Assembly: GCA_050259395.1 (NCBI GenBank)
Contig: JBLNAO010000102.1
Location: 1-35,500 of the forward strand
From: Chloroflexota bacterium
GTDB lineage: Bacteria > Bacteroidota > Bacteroidia > Bacteroidales > VadinHA17
Direction of reading: 5' to 3'
DNA: 35,500 nt
Below the pieces are notes generated by a model, which was given only the letters and a program-made list of their open reading frames with translations, did not search any database and had not been told where the DNA came from. Of the stretch, positions 1 to 8,767 are shown piece after piece (positions within the stretch are counted from its first letter, which is position 1; every line of letters starts with the position of its first letter). A program made the translations under genes and the position numbers.

Positions 1-282
1 TCATTTGATCTTTATTCTCATATTGTTGACCTCGATAAGACAACGAAAACTGTGGGTCAAAAGTATTTTTCCGGGAATGTCAGCCTTACACGTGGCATCA
101 CTCTTGGAATTAAGCATATCCTCGAGGCAAAAACAGCGATTCTGCAGTTGTCAGGCAACCGCAAGGCTCCTGTTGCCGCAAGGCTTCTTAGAGAGGAGGT
201 GTCAGCTGATTTCCCGGCATCGGCTATGAAGCTTCATGCAAATTCTTATCTTTTAATGGACAGGGAAGCCGCAGGTGAATAG
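1..282 (+). CDS. nagB: glucosamine-6-phosphate deaminase, C-terminal fragment (5' end lies outside the window)
   Basis: Frame 1 is open from base 1 to the TAG at 280-282. The translated tail ...GITLGIKHILEAKTAILQLSGNRKAPVAARLLREEVSADFPASAMKLHANSYLLMDREAAGE matches the remembered NagB C-terminus (e.g. ...DFPASAL.LH....L.DREAA). Confidence 0.75.
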   Translation, partial: SFDLYSHIVDLDKTTKTVGQKYFSGNVSLTRGITLGIKHILEAKTAILQLSGNRKAPVAARLLREEVSADFPASAMKLHANSYLLMDREAAGE

Positions 283-1381
283 TATAAATGGAAAGAAAAC
301 TGCTGAAGCGCTGGTTTCCGTCCTGAAAAATGCGGACAGCGTTGAGAAATCCGCATTGCTTGGTTTTGACGCATGCATCGACACTCTTGTCAGCGTTGTG
401 AAACAGAGACACGACGACGGATCCGACGAGTATTATTCGAGTCCCGGGGAACTTGGCGGTGTTCTCCTGAAACTGGGAACCAAAAGTTGCGGACTGGAAT
501 TGAAGACTAAAATTTCCAGACCAGGGGGAAACATGGCCATAACTGCGAATGCCCTTGGCAGGCTGGGAGTTAAAGCAGATTGTATCGGTACATTCGGTTA
601 TCCTGATATAAACCCGGTTTACCGTGCAATTTCACCTGCATGCACTCTCCATACAGTTGCTGATACAATTACTGCAACCGCCCTTGAATTTGATGTCTCG
701 AAGATTATCATTTTTGACCCCGGCCCATATAACCATCTTAGCTGGGAAGATATCGTGGAGATTGTCAGTATCGATCAGCTCAAAAAACTGGCCTCCGGGA
801 AAAAATTGATTTCGTTTCTTAACTGGAGCGAAATAGCAAATTCAACATCAATATGGAAACGCTTCCTTGACGATATCTTTTCCGGCTTGCCCCAGGGTGA
901 TAAAAAAATATTCTTCACCGATTTCTCAGATTGTTCGAGAAAGTCGAAGAGCGAGATAACTGAAGCAACAGAAATTCTTCATACATACAGGAAATATTTC
1001 AGGGTTGTTTTAAGCCTTAATGTTAACGAATCATTGCTTGTCGCGAAAGCCCTGGGTGTAAAGGAATCCGGCTCGGATGAACAATTCCTTGAGACTATGC
1101 ATAAGGCATGCAATGTGGATATTATATTGATCCACAGGATAAATGATGCCCTTGCTTATGACGGGTCCCAATGTGTCTCATGCGATACATTCTTCACCGG
1201 TGAGCCAAAAATCCTGACCGGAGGCGGCGATAACTTCAATGCAGGCTTCTGTTACTCGTCTTTCTTTGATCTTGACCTTTCCAGTTCACTGCTTCTGGCA
1301 AATTCGGTTGCAGGCTATTATGTCAGGGAAGGACATAGCCCTGATATTGACGGGCTTGTGAATTTTCTTTCAGAGGTTTAA
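275..1381 (+). CDS. PfkB-family carbohydrate kinase (specificity unknown)
   Basis: A 368-aa ORF starts at the GTG at 275, which overlaps the nagB stop by 8 nt. The first in-frame ATG lies far downstream (the Met in RPGGNMAITANALG). The C-terminal TGGGDNFNAGF resembles the PfkB DTxGAGDxF anion-hole/catalytic motif, and GGNMAITANALGRLG resembles the N-terminal GG motif. Confidence 0.55.
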   Translation: MNSINGKKTAEALVSVLKNADSVEKSALLGFDACIDTLVSVVKQRHDDGSDEYYSSPGELGGVLLKLGTKSCGLELKTKISRPGGNMAITANALGRLGVKADCIGTFGYPDINPVYRAISPACTLHTVADTITATALEFDVSKIIIFDPGPYNHLSWEDIVEIVSIDQLKKLASGKKLISFLNWSEIANSTSIWKRFLDDIFSGLPQGDKKIFFTDFSDCSRKSKSEITEATEILHTYRKYFRVVLSLNVNESLLVAKALGVKESGSDEQFLETMHKACNVDIILIHRINDALAYDGSQCVSCDTFFTGEPKILTGGGDNFNAGFCYSSFFDLDLSSSLLLANSVAGYYVREGHSPDIDGLVNFLSEV

Positions 1382-4300
1382 ATACTTTTACAGGACCATT
1401 ATTCCGGGCTACTACAAGAAGGTCGCCTTTTAATCCTTTTAACAGCAAAAGCCCTCTTGTTTCACCATCGAGGTAACACCCTGTCGACTTCGGAGGAATA
1501 TACCTGAACCTGCCTGTACCGTCACCTGCCAGGAAGTAGCCGTAACCTGCATCATACCTGCCGACTTCGGGCTTGGCATTGTACATGTTTCCACCCATGA
1601 GGATATCGGGATTGCCATCGCCATTGAAGTCGTTTATAATGGCTGCATAGACAGGAGAAAACTGGACTTCATCAGGCAGGATGACCCTGGTGAAATTACC
1701 ATTCCCGTCATTTAAAAAAACGCTTGTCTCGAGAAGATCAGCCTGCAGCCTGATTGAATTCTTAAGCTGGGCAGGAGAGAAGATATCATCTATTTTCTGA
1801 TCCTTGTACATTTCATATTTTGGGTATTTACGCATCAGCTCGGGAATCTGGTTGACAAGATCGTGCTTTAACGGAACAGGGTAGGAGATATCGCCGTCGA
1901 AGGTGCACACAATCTGCTCGACTGCGCCATTCATGTCAAAATCATTGATGTACATGCTCACAGGTTTTTGACCTGTTGCCTTGAATCTTGAGTTAAGCCC
2001 ATGATTCCCCGCCACAAAATCGATGTCACCATCATTATCCAGGTCTCCCGTTGTAATGCAGTTCCACCATCCGGACGTTGTTGAGTCAAATGCAGTTTTC
2101 GTTTCCCTGAAACGACCACCTTCATTTAAAAAGACCTTTAAAGGCATCCAGTCCCCGGCAATAAGAATGTCCTGGTCCTTATCACCGTCAACGTCAGCCC
2201 ATGACATGTCCCTGATCATTCCCGAAGCTGTAAGTCCAGGTGCAATTTCATCAGTGACATTTCTTAAGTTTCCTTTCCCGTCATTCTCGAGTATGTATCC
2301 ATTTACCGGCACTCCATAAGCAAAAGGCTTGAGTCTTATTCCAACAAATAGTTCCTCAGTGCCGTCATTGTCGAAATCTGCGGCACGTACACAGGAAGTA
2401 TTCTCGTATTTCCAGGCGGGGAGGATCTGATCTGATCTTTTAAATCCTCCTTTGCCATCGTTGATGTACAACCGATCATTCAGGGCTGAGGAGCTCTCGG
2501 GAAATTCATTTCCGCCGCTTGCCACATATAGGTCCTTATCATCATCACCATCGGCATCGAAGAACTCGCACCCCGTATCTTCCGATAACTTGTCGGCTTC
2601 AAATGCGGGCACATTCAGTTTCGTAAATCTTCCGGAGCTTTGTTGAATGAACAAACAGCCTGCCTGCCCCCGGGCTCCGCCAATGAATATATCCTGCATG
2701 CCGTCACCGTTCACATCCGCGCTGCACATTCCCGGGCCTTCCGTTGACATCATGTGAAAGATCAGCGGTTCCCTTTCGAAATCATTGAAGTTATCCTCCT
2801 TATGTGTGAATTCCAGTATTTTTTCATTGGATAGATCTTCAAACATTTTGTCTTTCGCATTCGGCGGATTTATGATGGAAAAATCCATCCGGATCCCGTC
2901 TTTCTGTTCGAGTGTCAGTGTCTGGTCGGTTTTTACATCAGTCAAAATGGTCAGGCCACCATCGGGCCATTGAACTATGAGGCTGTCGAGCACTGTAACC
3001 GGGCCCAATCCCAGGTTAGGCCGGTTATCGACAGTGGAAAGATACCCTCTTGTCGGTATCTGCTCGAGATACATTTTTTTCCCTTCATGTATTGCCAGGA
3101 TTTTAGCGCCTAATGCGTCGGTATTCCCTTTTGCGCCTTTCAGAATAAGCTTGAGATAATGATTTTCTGTTCCCTTTGTCTCAGAATTATTCCTGTAAAT
3201 GAACATCGGCATGTTCACGTTATTGACAATAAGATCGAGATCACCGTCGTTGTCAAGGTCAGCGTAAGCAGACCCGTTAGAGAAAGATGGATCTGCAAGT
3301 CCCCATTCATCCGCGACATTTTTGAACCTGTTATTTCCTATGTTTTTGAATGCATAGCTTGGTATCTTAACCGAAGGTATTGCATCGATAAGAGCTTTGT
3401 AATCAATCTTGTTGCCCGACATTATCGACATCACCACATCCCTGTTTGAAAAATACTGGATGTAGTCCTGGTCTGTCAGATCCTTATAGATTCCGTTTGC
3501 CACGAAAATGTCCTTCATTCCATCATTGTCCATATCCATGATCAGTGCGCCCCACGACCAGTCTGTTGCTGCAACGCCCGCAAATCTGCCAATTTCGCTG
3601 AATGTTCCGTCTCCATTGTTAAGCTGAAGAACATTTCTTGTGAACTGGTGGTGGTAACCGTTATCGGCATTTGACTTATAATTGTTCCAGTCATCGAAGG
3701 TTGTTTTTGTCTTCAGCCTGTCATTATGCTCAGGGATCATATCTGTTGCAAATACTTCAGGCCAGATGTCGTTATTGAGGTCAGCCATGTCTCCACCCAT
3801 GGAAGCAGCAGAGATTGAAGGCATCATTGATGTCAGGCACTCACTGAAAGTGCCGTCATGATTGTTTATATAGATGTAATCCCTTTCGAAGAAGTCATTT
3901 GCAACATACAGGTCTGTCCAGCCGTCAAGGTTGATATCGCCGGCAGTTACACCCAGCCCGAAAGCGATCAGGCTACCGTAAATGCCTGCCTCACGGCTGA
4001 CGTCGGTAAACCTGTCTCCGTCATTCCTGAAGAGCTTGTGTCCGCCAGTTGAATCACGTAACTCCCTGAGATTATCTTTCAGGTTGAACGCGCTGATTGC
4101 TTTTGGAAAGTTTTTAAGCACATACAGATCGAGATCGTTGTCCTTATCATAATCGAAGAATACACCCTGTGTCGAGTTTCCATGTTCATCGATACCGTAT
4201 TCGGAAGCTTTGTTCGTGAAAGTCAGGTCGCCGTTGTTAATGTACAGTTCGTTCCTGCTCTGAACACCCCTTATATTTCCTGATTTGCACACGTAAATAT

Positions 4301-4685
4301 CAGTATGTCCATCACCATTTACATCCGCCATGCTTACACCGGTTGACCAGCCTTCACCCTGAATTCCGGCCTTCTCCGATATATCCTCAAACCTGAAATT
4401 CCCTTTATTTAAGTATAATGTATTCTTGCCCATATTCGACGTCATGAAAATATCTGTCATTCCGTCGTTATTGATATCCGCAAGGCCTACGCCACCGCCA
4501 TTGTAGAAATTTCTGAAAGTATAGATGTTGAATTTTGACTCGAGCTGTTTCGAATAATCCAGTGAGTTGTTAAAATCAGCATGAGTCACTGAAGCAGGAA
4601 GAAGAGTGAAAAGTGCGTTATTCTCATTCTTGCACCCCATGAACAGAAGAAAAGTTGTCAGCAAAAACAGTGTGAATTGTCTCAT
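1323..4685 (-). CDS. FG-GAP/VCBS-repeat + UnbV/ASPIC (CRTAC1-like) lipoprotein, paralog B
   Basis: A 1120-aa ORF with an ATG start and a lipoprotein signal (TFLLFMGC). It has two blocks of integrin-type Ca-loop repeats, including DINNDGMTDIF, DVNGDGHTDIY, DYDKDNDLDLY, DINLDGWTDLY, DMDNDGMKDIF, DLDNDGDLDLI, DVNGDGMQDIF, DADGDDDKDLY, DVDGDKDQDIL, DLDNDGDIDFV and DFNGDGNPDIL. A central UnbV/ASPIC-like segment (TRGYLSTVDNRPNLGLG...VQWPDG) separates the two blocks. Confidence 0.8.
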   Translation of the reverse strand: MRQFTLFLLTTFLLFMGCKNENNALFTLLPASVTHADFNNSLDYSKQLESKFNIYTFRNFYNGGGVGLADINNDGMTDIFMTSNMGKNTLYLNKGNFRFEDISEKAGIQGEGWSTGVSMADVNGDGHTDIYVCKSGNIRGVQSRNELYINNGDLTFTNKASEYGIDEHGNSTQGVFFDYDKDNDLDLYVLKNFPKAISAFNLKDNLRELRDSTGGHKLFRNDGDRFTDVSREAGIYGSLIAFGLGVTAGDINLDGWTDLYVANDFFERDYIYINNHDGTFSECLTSMMPSISAASMGGDMADLNNDIWPEVFATDMIPEHNDRLKTKTTFDDWNNYKSNADNGYHHQFTRNVLQLNNGDGTFSEIGRFAGVAATDWSWGALIMDMDNDGMKDIFVANGIYKDLTDQDYIQYFSNRDVVMSIMSGNKIDYKALIDAIPSVKIPSYAFKNIGNNRFKNVADEWGLADPSFSNGSAYADLDNDGDLDLIVNNVNMPMFIYRNNSETKGTENHYLKLILKGAKGNTDALGAKILAIHEGKKMYLEQIPTRGYLSTVDNRPNLGLGPVTVLDSLIVQWPDGGLTILTDVKTDQTLTLEQKDGIRMDFSIINPPNAKDKMFEDLSNEKILEFTHKEDNFNDFEREPLIFHMMSTEGPGMCSADVNGDGMQDIFIGGARGQAGCLFIQQSSGRFTKLNVPAFEADKLSEDTGCEFFDADGDDDKDLYVASGGNEFPESSSALNDRLYINDGKGGFKRSDQILPAWKYENTSCVRAADFDNDGTEELFVGIRLKPFAYGVPVNGYILENDGKGNLRNVTDEIAPGLTASGMIRDMSWADVDGDKDQDILIAGDWMPLKVFLNEGGRFRETKTAFDSTTSGWWNCITTGDLDNDGDIDFVAGNHGLNSRFKATGQKPVSMYINDFDMNGAVEQIVCTFDGDISYPVPLKHDLVNQIPELMRKYPKYEMYKDQKIDDIFSPAQLKNSIRLQADLLETSVFLNDGNGNFTRVILPDEVQFSPVYAAIINDFNGDGNPDILMGGNMYNAKPEVGRYDAGYGYFLAGDGTGRFRYIPPKSTGCYLDGETRGLLLLKGLKGDLLVVARNNGPVKVFKPLKENSQARQYQGYVLP

Positions 4686-4755
4686 TTTGAACTCTTGTTT
4701 CGCAGAGTTGTTAGAATTTATTTCTTATTTAAGCTTTACAATCAACGCTTTACGC

Positions 4756-5370
4756 TCAATGCTCATCTCTCAAACTATCCGGTCTCACCCCGCTCCAGTC
4801 GTTCTTTACGAGCATGTCTGTAAATACAGCCCACACATGTAATTCATCTTCCTTGAAGATCGTAATCCTCCTGTTCCCATCGAGTTTAACATAAGCCATA
4901 CCATGTTCAGGGTGTTTAACTTTCAGGAATCCTTTCCCGTAAAGATCTTCATACCAGGCAACAACATCTTCCTGAAGCTTATCAGAGGAGAGCTCTTTAT
5001 TCCAGGGAGCCCACCCTTTATATACGAATTTAACGGGCATTTCGAAGATCTTTCCATTATTAAACCTCGGGTAAAAATCCATCTGTCCCGGATGATCAAG
5101 TTCTTTCTTCAGATCATACTTTACCGTCGTATTGGTTTCACCCTGCCTTATAATGCCTTTTTTGTTCAGGTTCCAGCACTGCATATAAAACTCCTTCTCC
5201 GGCATTCCGAGATAGATTCCCATGAAAAGTGAGTCAGAGCGCCTCCCTGAAGCCAGTTCCTCCCTGAGCTTTTTGTCGTATTTTGATCTGGGCGAACAGG
5301 ACGATAATACACATCCGGAAAGGATGATTAAGCAAAGTGTTATATTCAGAAATCTGCTCTCAGTACTCAT
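4756..5370 (-). CDS. hypothetical lipoprotein, no family recognised
   Basis: A 204-aa ORF with an ATG start and a signal peptide plus lipobox (LSGCVLSSC). Its start overlaps the upstream gene stop by 11 nt, which implies operon membership. Confidence 0.6.
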   Translation of the reverse strand: MSTESRFLNITLCLIILSGCVLSSCSPRSKYDKKLREELASGRRSDSLFMGIYLGMPEKEFYMQCWNLNKKGIIRQGETNTTVKYDLKKELDHPGQMDFYPRFNNGKIFEMPVKFVYKGWAPWNKELSSDKLQEDVVAWYEDLYGKGFLKVKHPEHGMAYVKLDGNRRITIFKEDELHVWAVFTDMLVKNDWSGVRPDSLRDEH

Positions 5371-8300
5371 AATATTCCATTTTCTTATTATTCAAACCTA
5401 TTGCCAGGATATTTTTCCCTTTAATTTTAAGCAATCCAAAATCCCTGATCTCGCCTTTTGTAAAAAGTCCCGATTCTCCGGGCAGTACTGCATGCCACTT
5501 ATTTCCTCCTTCACCTTTGAGCAGTAACCCGTAAGAAGCATCATTTATCCCGTTTTCAGGCTTTGACCTGTAATTGTTGCCACCGAGTATGATATCACAG
5601 ATTCCATCCCTGTCAAAATCCTCCGAAGCTATTGCATAGACAGGTGATAACTGGGCTTCGGAAGGGAGAGGGGATAATTCGAATTTTCCTGAGCCTTTGT
5701 TGATAAGAACCGAGGTTTCGGAAGTACAGGCAACCAGAATATATGATCTTTTTAAAATATCTGATGTAAAGAGATCATTAATTGATGCATCCTTGTAATC
5801 ATCGAACCTGATGAATTTTTTTCTTAAGGAAGGAATTTGTGCAGTCAGATCATTTTTCATCACAAGAGGATACAATTTCCCATTGTCAGTTGTGCAGATA
5901 ATCTGTTCTATTGAGCCGTTCAGGTCGAAATCATTTACATACATTGTCAAAGGAGAGAGTGTGCCTGCCCTGAACCTGTAATTCAACCCGTCATTACCCA
6001 CAACAAAATCAACCAGTCCGTCATTGTTCAGATCTCTGGCGGCAACCCTGTGCCAAAACCCTTCAGTATCAAGTAATCCTGAACTTTCAGAGACATCGCT
6101 GAAAATTCCTTTTTCATTTGACAGGATCTTTATTGGCATCCATTCACCCACAATCAGCATATCCTGGTCATGATCACTATCGATATCCGCCCAGGCCATG
6201 TCCGTAACCATTCCAATACTACTCAGTGCAACTGCTTTGGTTGAACTCACATCCCTGAAGTTTCCTTTCCCGTCGTTTTCAAGCAGGTGACTGCTTGCAG
6301 GCAGCCCGTAACTGAAAGGGATAAGCCTTGTGCCAACGAAAAGGTCTATGTCACCATCATCGTCAAAGTCACAGGGCTTAATGCAGGAATTACTTTCAAA
6401 TTTTTCTCCGGTGACGCTTTGACTCAATGCAAATTTGCCTTTTCCATCATTAAGGTACAACCTGTCAGTGAGGGCGGAGGACGATGAAGGAAATTCATTG
6501 CCTCCGGTTGCAACGTAAAGATCGGTATCACCATCTCCGTCAGCATCGAAGAATGCACAACCGGTATCTTCGGATATTTTGTCTGTTTCAAACAATGGGA
6601 TGTTCGTTTTATGAAATTTCTCCGCATCATCCTGAACATATAATTCCGAGGGAGAATCTTTGGCATTACAGGCAAAGAGGTCATCAAGCCCATCGCCGTT
6701 GATATCCGCAATTGCAAGCCTGGGACCCTCATTCGAGCTCATCCTGAAAAGGAGCATATCACGTTCGAAATCATTGAAATCATTTTCGATATGCTTAAAT
6801 TCCGGTCCTGACGTTTCAGTGTGCCGGAAAACAGGATGATGGAGTGGTGAGGCTTTCCTGAATTCAATGATATCGATATCACTCTCTGAAATTTTGAGTG
6901 TTTTATTTACCTCCGGATCATGGATTACAGAAAAGAAGCCATCAGGCCACATGATCAGCAGAGAGTCGATCTTTGCAACAGTGCCGAGACCGAAATGAAG
7001 GATGTTTTCCACGCTTGATTGAAATCCCCTGCCCGGACTAAGTTCCTGGTAATTCAGTTTTCCATCATGATAGAGGGTTACTGCAGCCCCTGTTGCCCTT
7101 GTGTTTCCTGACCTGCCCTCAAGTTTCAGCTTCAGATAACTGGTCTTCTGGTTTTTCTCTGATCCGTTTCTGTATATGAAGGGCTCCATATTGACATTGT
7201 TGACTACAAGGTCCAGGTCTCCGTCGTTGTCAAGATCTCCGTAAGCTGCTCCGTTTGACCATGAAGGAGTACCAAGCCCATATTCCACAGCTTTATTCTC
7301 AAATGTAAGATCATGGTTGTTACTTAACACATAATTCGGAATCCTCGTGGAAGGAATCCTGTCAATGATCTTCACAATTGGCTGTTTTTCATTTCGCATG
7401 AGTGTCCTCATAACGTAAGGGTCTGAATATATATCCAGAAAATCGCGGTCCAGAAGATCTTTGTAAATGCCGTTCGCTATAAAGATGTCTTTCCAACCGT
7501 CATTATCGATGTCGAAAATAAGGGCGCCCCAACTCCAGTCTGTTGCGCTGACATTGCTGAACCTGCCTATTTCACTGAATGAATTATTCTGATTATTAAG
7601 CTGCAGTGTATTTCTTGGGAACTGGTGATAATATCCCGATCTGACCTTCATCCGGTACCTGCCCCAATCTTCGTAAACTGCCTTGGTCCTGTACCTCGGA
7701 ATGTCTTCGGGTGTCATTTCAGTGACAAATACTTCGGGCCAGGCATCGTTGTTCAGATCAGCGATATCCGAGCCCATGGCGCCCAGGCTTATTTCCCTCA
7801 TCTGGTCTTCAAGGCATTCCGTGAAAGTCCCGTTTCCTGCATTGATATAAAGGTAATCTCTTTCAAAAAAATCGTTGGCCACATATATATCCATCCAGCC
7901 GTCACGGTTCACATCGGCGATGCTGACTCCAAGTCCGAATCCTATTTTGCTTCCGAAGATTCCCGCTTCTGCAGTAACATCGGTAAAATGGCCAACATCA
8001 TTCCTGAACAGCATGTTTGCGCCAAGTGTATCCCTTATCTCTCTCTGCCCGGGTTTGATATCGAATTCGGTAACAGACTGAAAGGAGTTGTTAAGAAGAT
8101 AGCAGTCAAGGTCACCGTCCCTGTCATAGTCAAAGAAAGCTGCATGATTCGACAAACCGAGAACATCTAATCCGTAGTCATGGGCTTTTTCAGTAAAAGT
8201 AAGATCTCCGTTATTTATGAATAGCTCATTCCGGCGGTCAGGTACGTCCGGCTTTCCTGATTTGCAGACATAGATATCAAGCAGACCGTCGGCATTAACA

Positions 8301-8677
8301 TCAGCAATGCTCACACCTGTTGACCAGGAACCATGGCCTGACACTCCTGCTTTTTCGGTTATGTCCTCGAAAACAAAATCGCCTTTGTTGATATAAAGCC
8401 GGTTTTCAACCATGTTTCCGCAGAAATAAATATCCGGAAGATCGTCTCCGTTGAAGTCGCCGATTCCCACGCCTGCACCATTATAAAAATTCCTGTAGGT
8501 GTATGTATTAAATTCTTCGGTATATTCCAGTCTGTTGAGAAAATCTATTCCGGTGTGATTTTTTTCAATAATAGAGAAAAGAGGTTTGTTATCAGGATTG
8601 TTATTTCCTGATACACAGGAATATAGCACAAGCAAGATTGGCAGAATCGATACTTGCCCGGATCTGAAGTAGCGCAT
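5360..8677 (-). CDS. FG-GAP/VCBS-repeat + UnbV/ASPIC (CRTAC1-like) lipoprotein, paralog A
   Basis: A 1105-aa ORF with an ATG start and a lipobox (LVLYSC). Its architecture is the same as that of 1323-4685: repeats such as DFNGDDLPDIY, DVNADGLLDIY, DYDRDGDLDCY, DVNRDGWMDIY, DIDNDGWKDIF and DLDNDGDLDLV, then the central GRGFQSSVENILHFGLG...MWPDG, then DINGDGLDDLF, DADGDGDTDLY, DFDDDGDIDLF, DIDSDHDQDML, DLNNDGLVDFV and DFDRDGICDII. Confidence 0.8.
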   Translation of the reverse strand: MRYFRSGQVSILPILLVLYSCVSGNNNPDNKPLFSIIEKNHTGIDFLNRLEYTEEFNTYTYRNFYNGAGVGIGDFNGDDLPDIYFCGNMVENRLYINKGDFVFEDITEKAGVSGHGSWSTGVSIADVNADGLLDIYVCKSGKPDVPDRRNELFINNGDLTFTEKAHDYGLDVLGLSNHAAFFDYDRDGDLDCYLLNNSFQSVTEFDIKPGQREIRDTLGANMLFRNDVGHFTDVTAEAGIFGSKIGFGLGVSIADVNRDGWMDIYVANDFFERDYLYINAGNGTFTECLEDQMREISLGAMGSDIADLNNDAWPEVFVTEMTPEDIPRYRTKAVYEDWGRYRMKVRSGYYHQFPRNTLQLNNQNNSFSEIGRFSNVSATDWSWGALIFDIDNDGWKDIFIANGIYKDLLDRDFLDIYSDPYVMRTLMRNEKQPIVKIIDRIPSTRIPNYVLSNNHDLTFENKAVEYGLGTPSWSNGAAYGDLDNDGDLDLVVNNVNMEPFIYRNGSEKNQKTSYLKLKLEGRSGNTRATGAAVTLYHDGKLNYQELSPGRGFQSSVENILHFGLGTVAKIDSLLIMWPDGFFSVIHDPEVNKTLKISESDIDIIEFRKASPLHHPVFRHTETSGPEFKHIENDFNDFERDMLLFRMSSNEGPRLAIADINGDGLDDLFACNAKDSPSELYVQDDAEKFHKTNIPLFETDKISEDTGCAFFDADGDGDTDLYVATGGNEFPSSSSALTDRLYLNDGKGKFALSQSVTGEKFESNSCIKPCDFDDDGDIDLFVGTRLIPFSYGLPASSHLLENDGKGNFRDVSSTKAVALSSIGMVTDMAWADIDSDHDQDMLIVGEWMPIKILSNEKGIFSDVSESSGLLDTEGFWHRVAARDLNNDGLVDFVVGNDGLNYRFRAGTLSPLTMYVNDFDLNGSIEQIICTTDNGKLYPLVMKNDLTAQIPSLRKKFIRFDDYKDASINDLFTSDILKRSYILVACTSETSVLINKGSGKFELSPLPSEAQLSPVYAIASEDFDRDGICDIILGGNNYRSKPENGINDASYGLLLKGEGGNKWHAVLPGESGLFTKGEIRDFGLLKIKGKNILAIGLNNKKMEYYEY

Positions 8678-8703
8678 AGTGACCCGTTCAGATTTTTAAA
8701 ATA

Positions 8704-8745
8704 TAAAGAGAGCAAACAAATATAATGAATTGTTTGCTCTCTTTA
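8704..8745 (-). terminator. 16-bp perfect hairpin between susD and the downstream propeller gene (intra-operon attenuator or terminator)
   Basis: The arms tAAAGAGAGCAAACAA (8704-8719) and TTGTTTGCTCTCTTTa (8730-8745) flank a 10-nt loop. On the minus strand the hairpin is followed by TATTTTAAAAAT. Confidence 0.5.
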
Positions 8746-8767
8746 AAGAGCCTATAGAGCCATTATC

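Noticed and set aside
7625-8170. Long antisense ORFs inside large genes. Examples are 7625-8170 (+, 181 aa), 18070-18552 (+, 160 aa), 15291-15818 (-, 175 aa), 28535-29176 (+, 213 aa), 30291-30839 (+, 182 aa) and 32354-32713 (-, 119 aa).
   Set aside because: Each lies entirely within a longer ORF on the opposite strand that has clear family motifs. Their translations are low-complexity (Ser/Pro/Leu/Ile-rich), which is typical of shadow ORFs.
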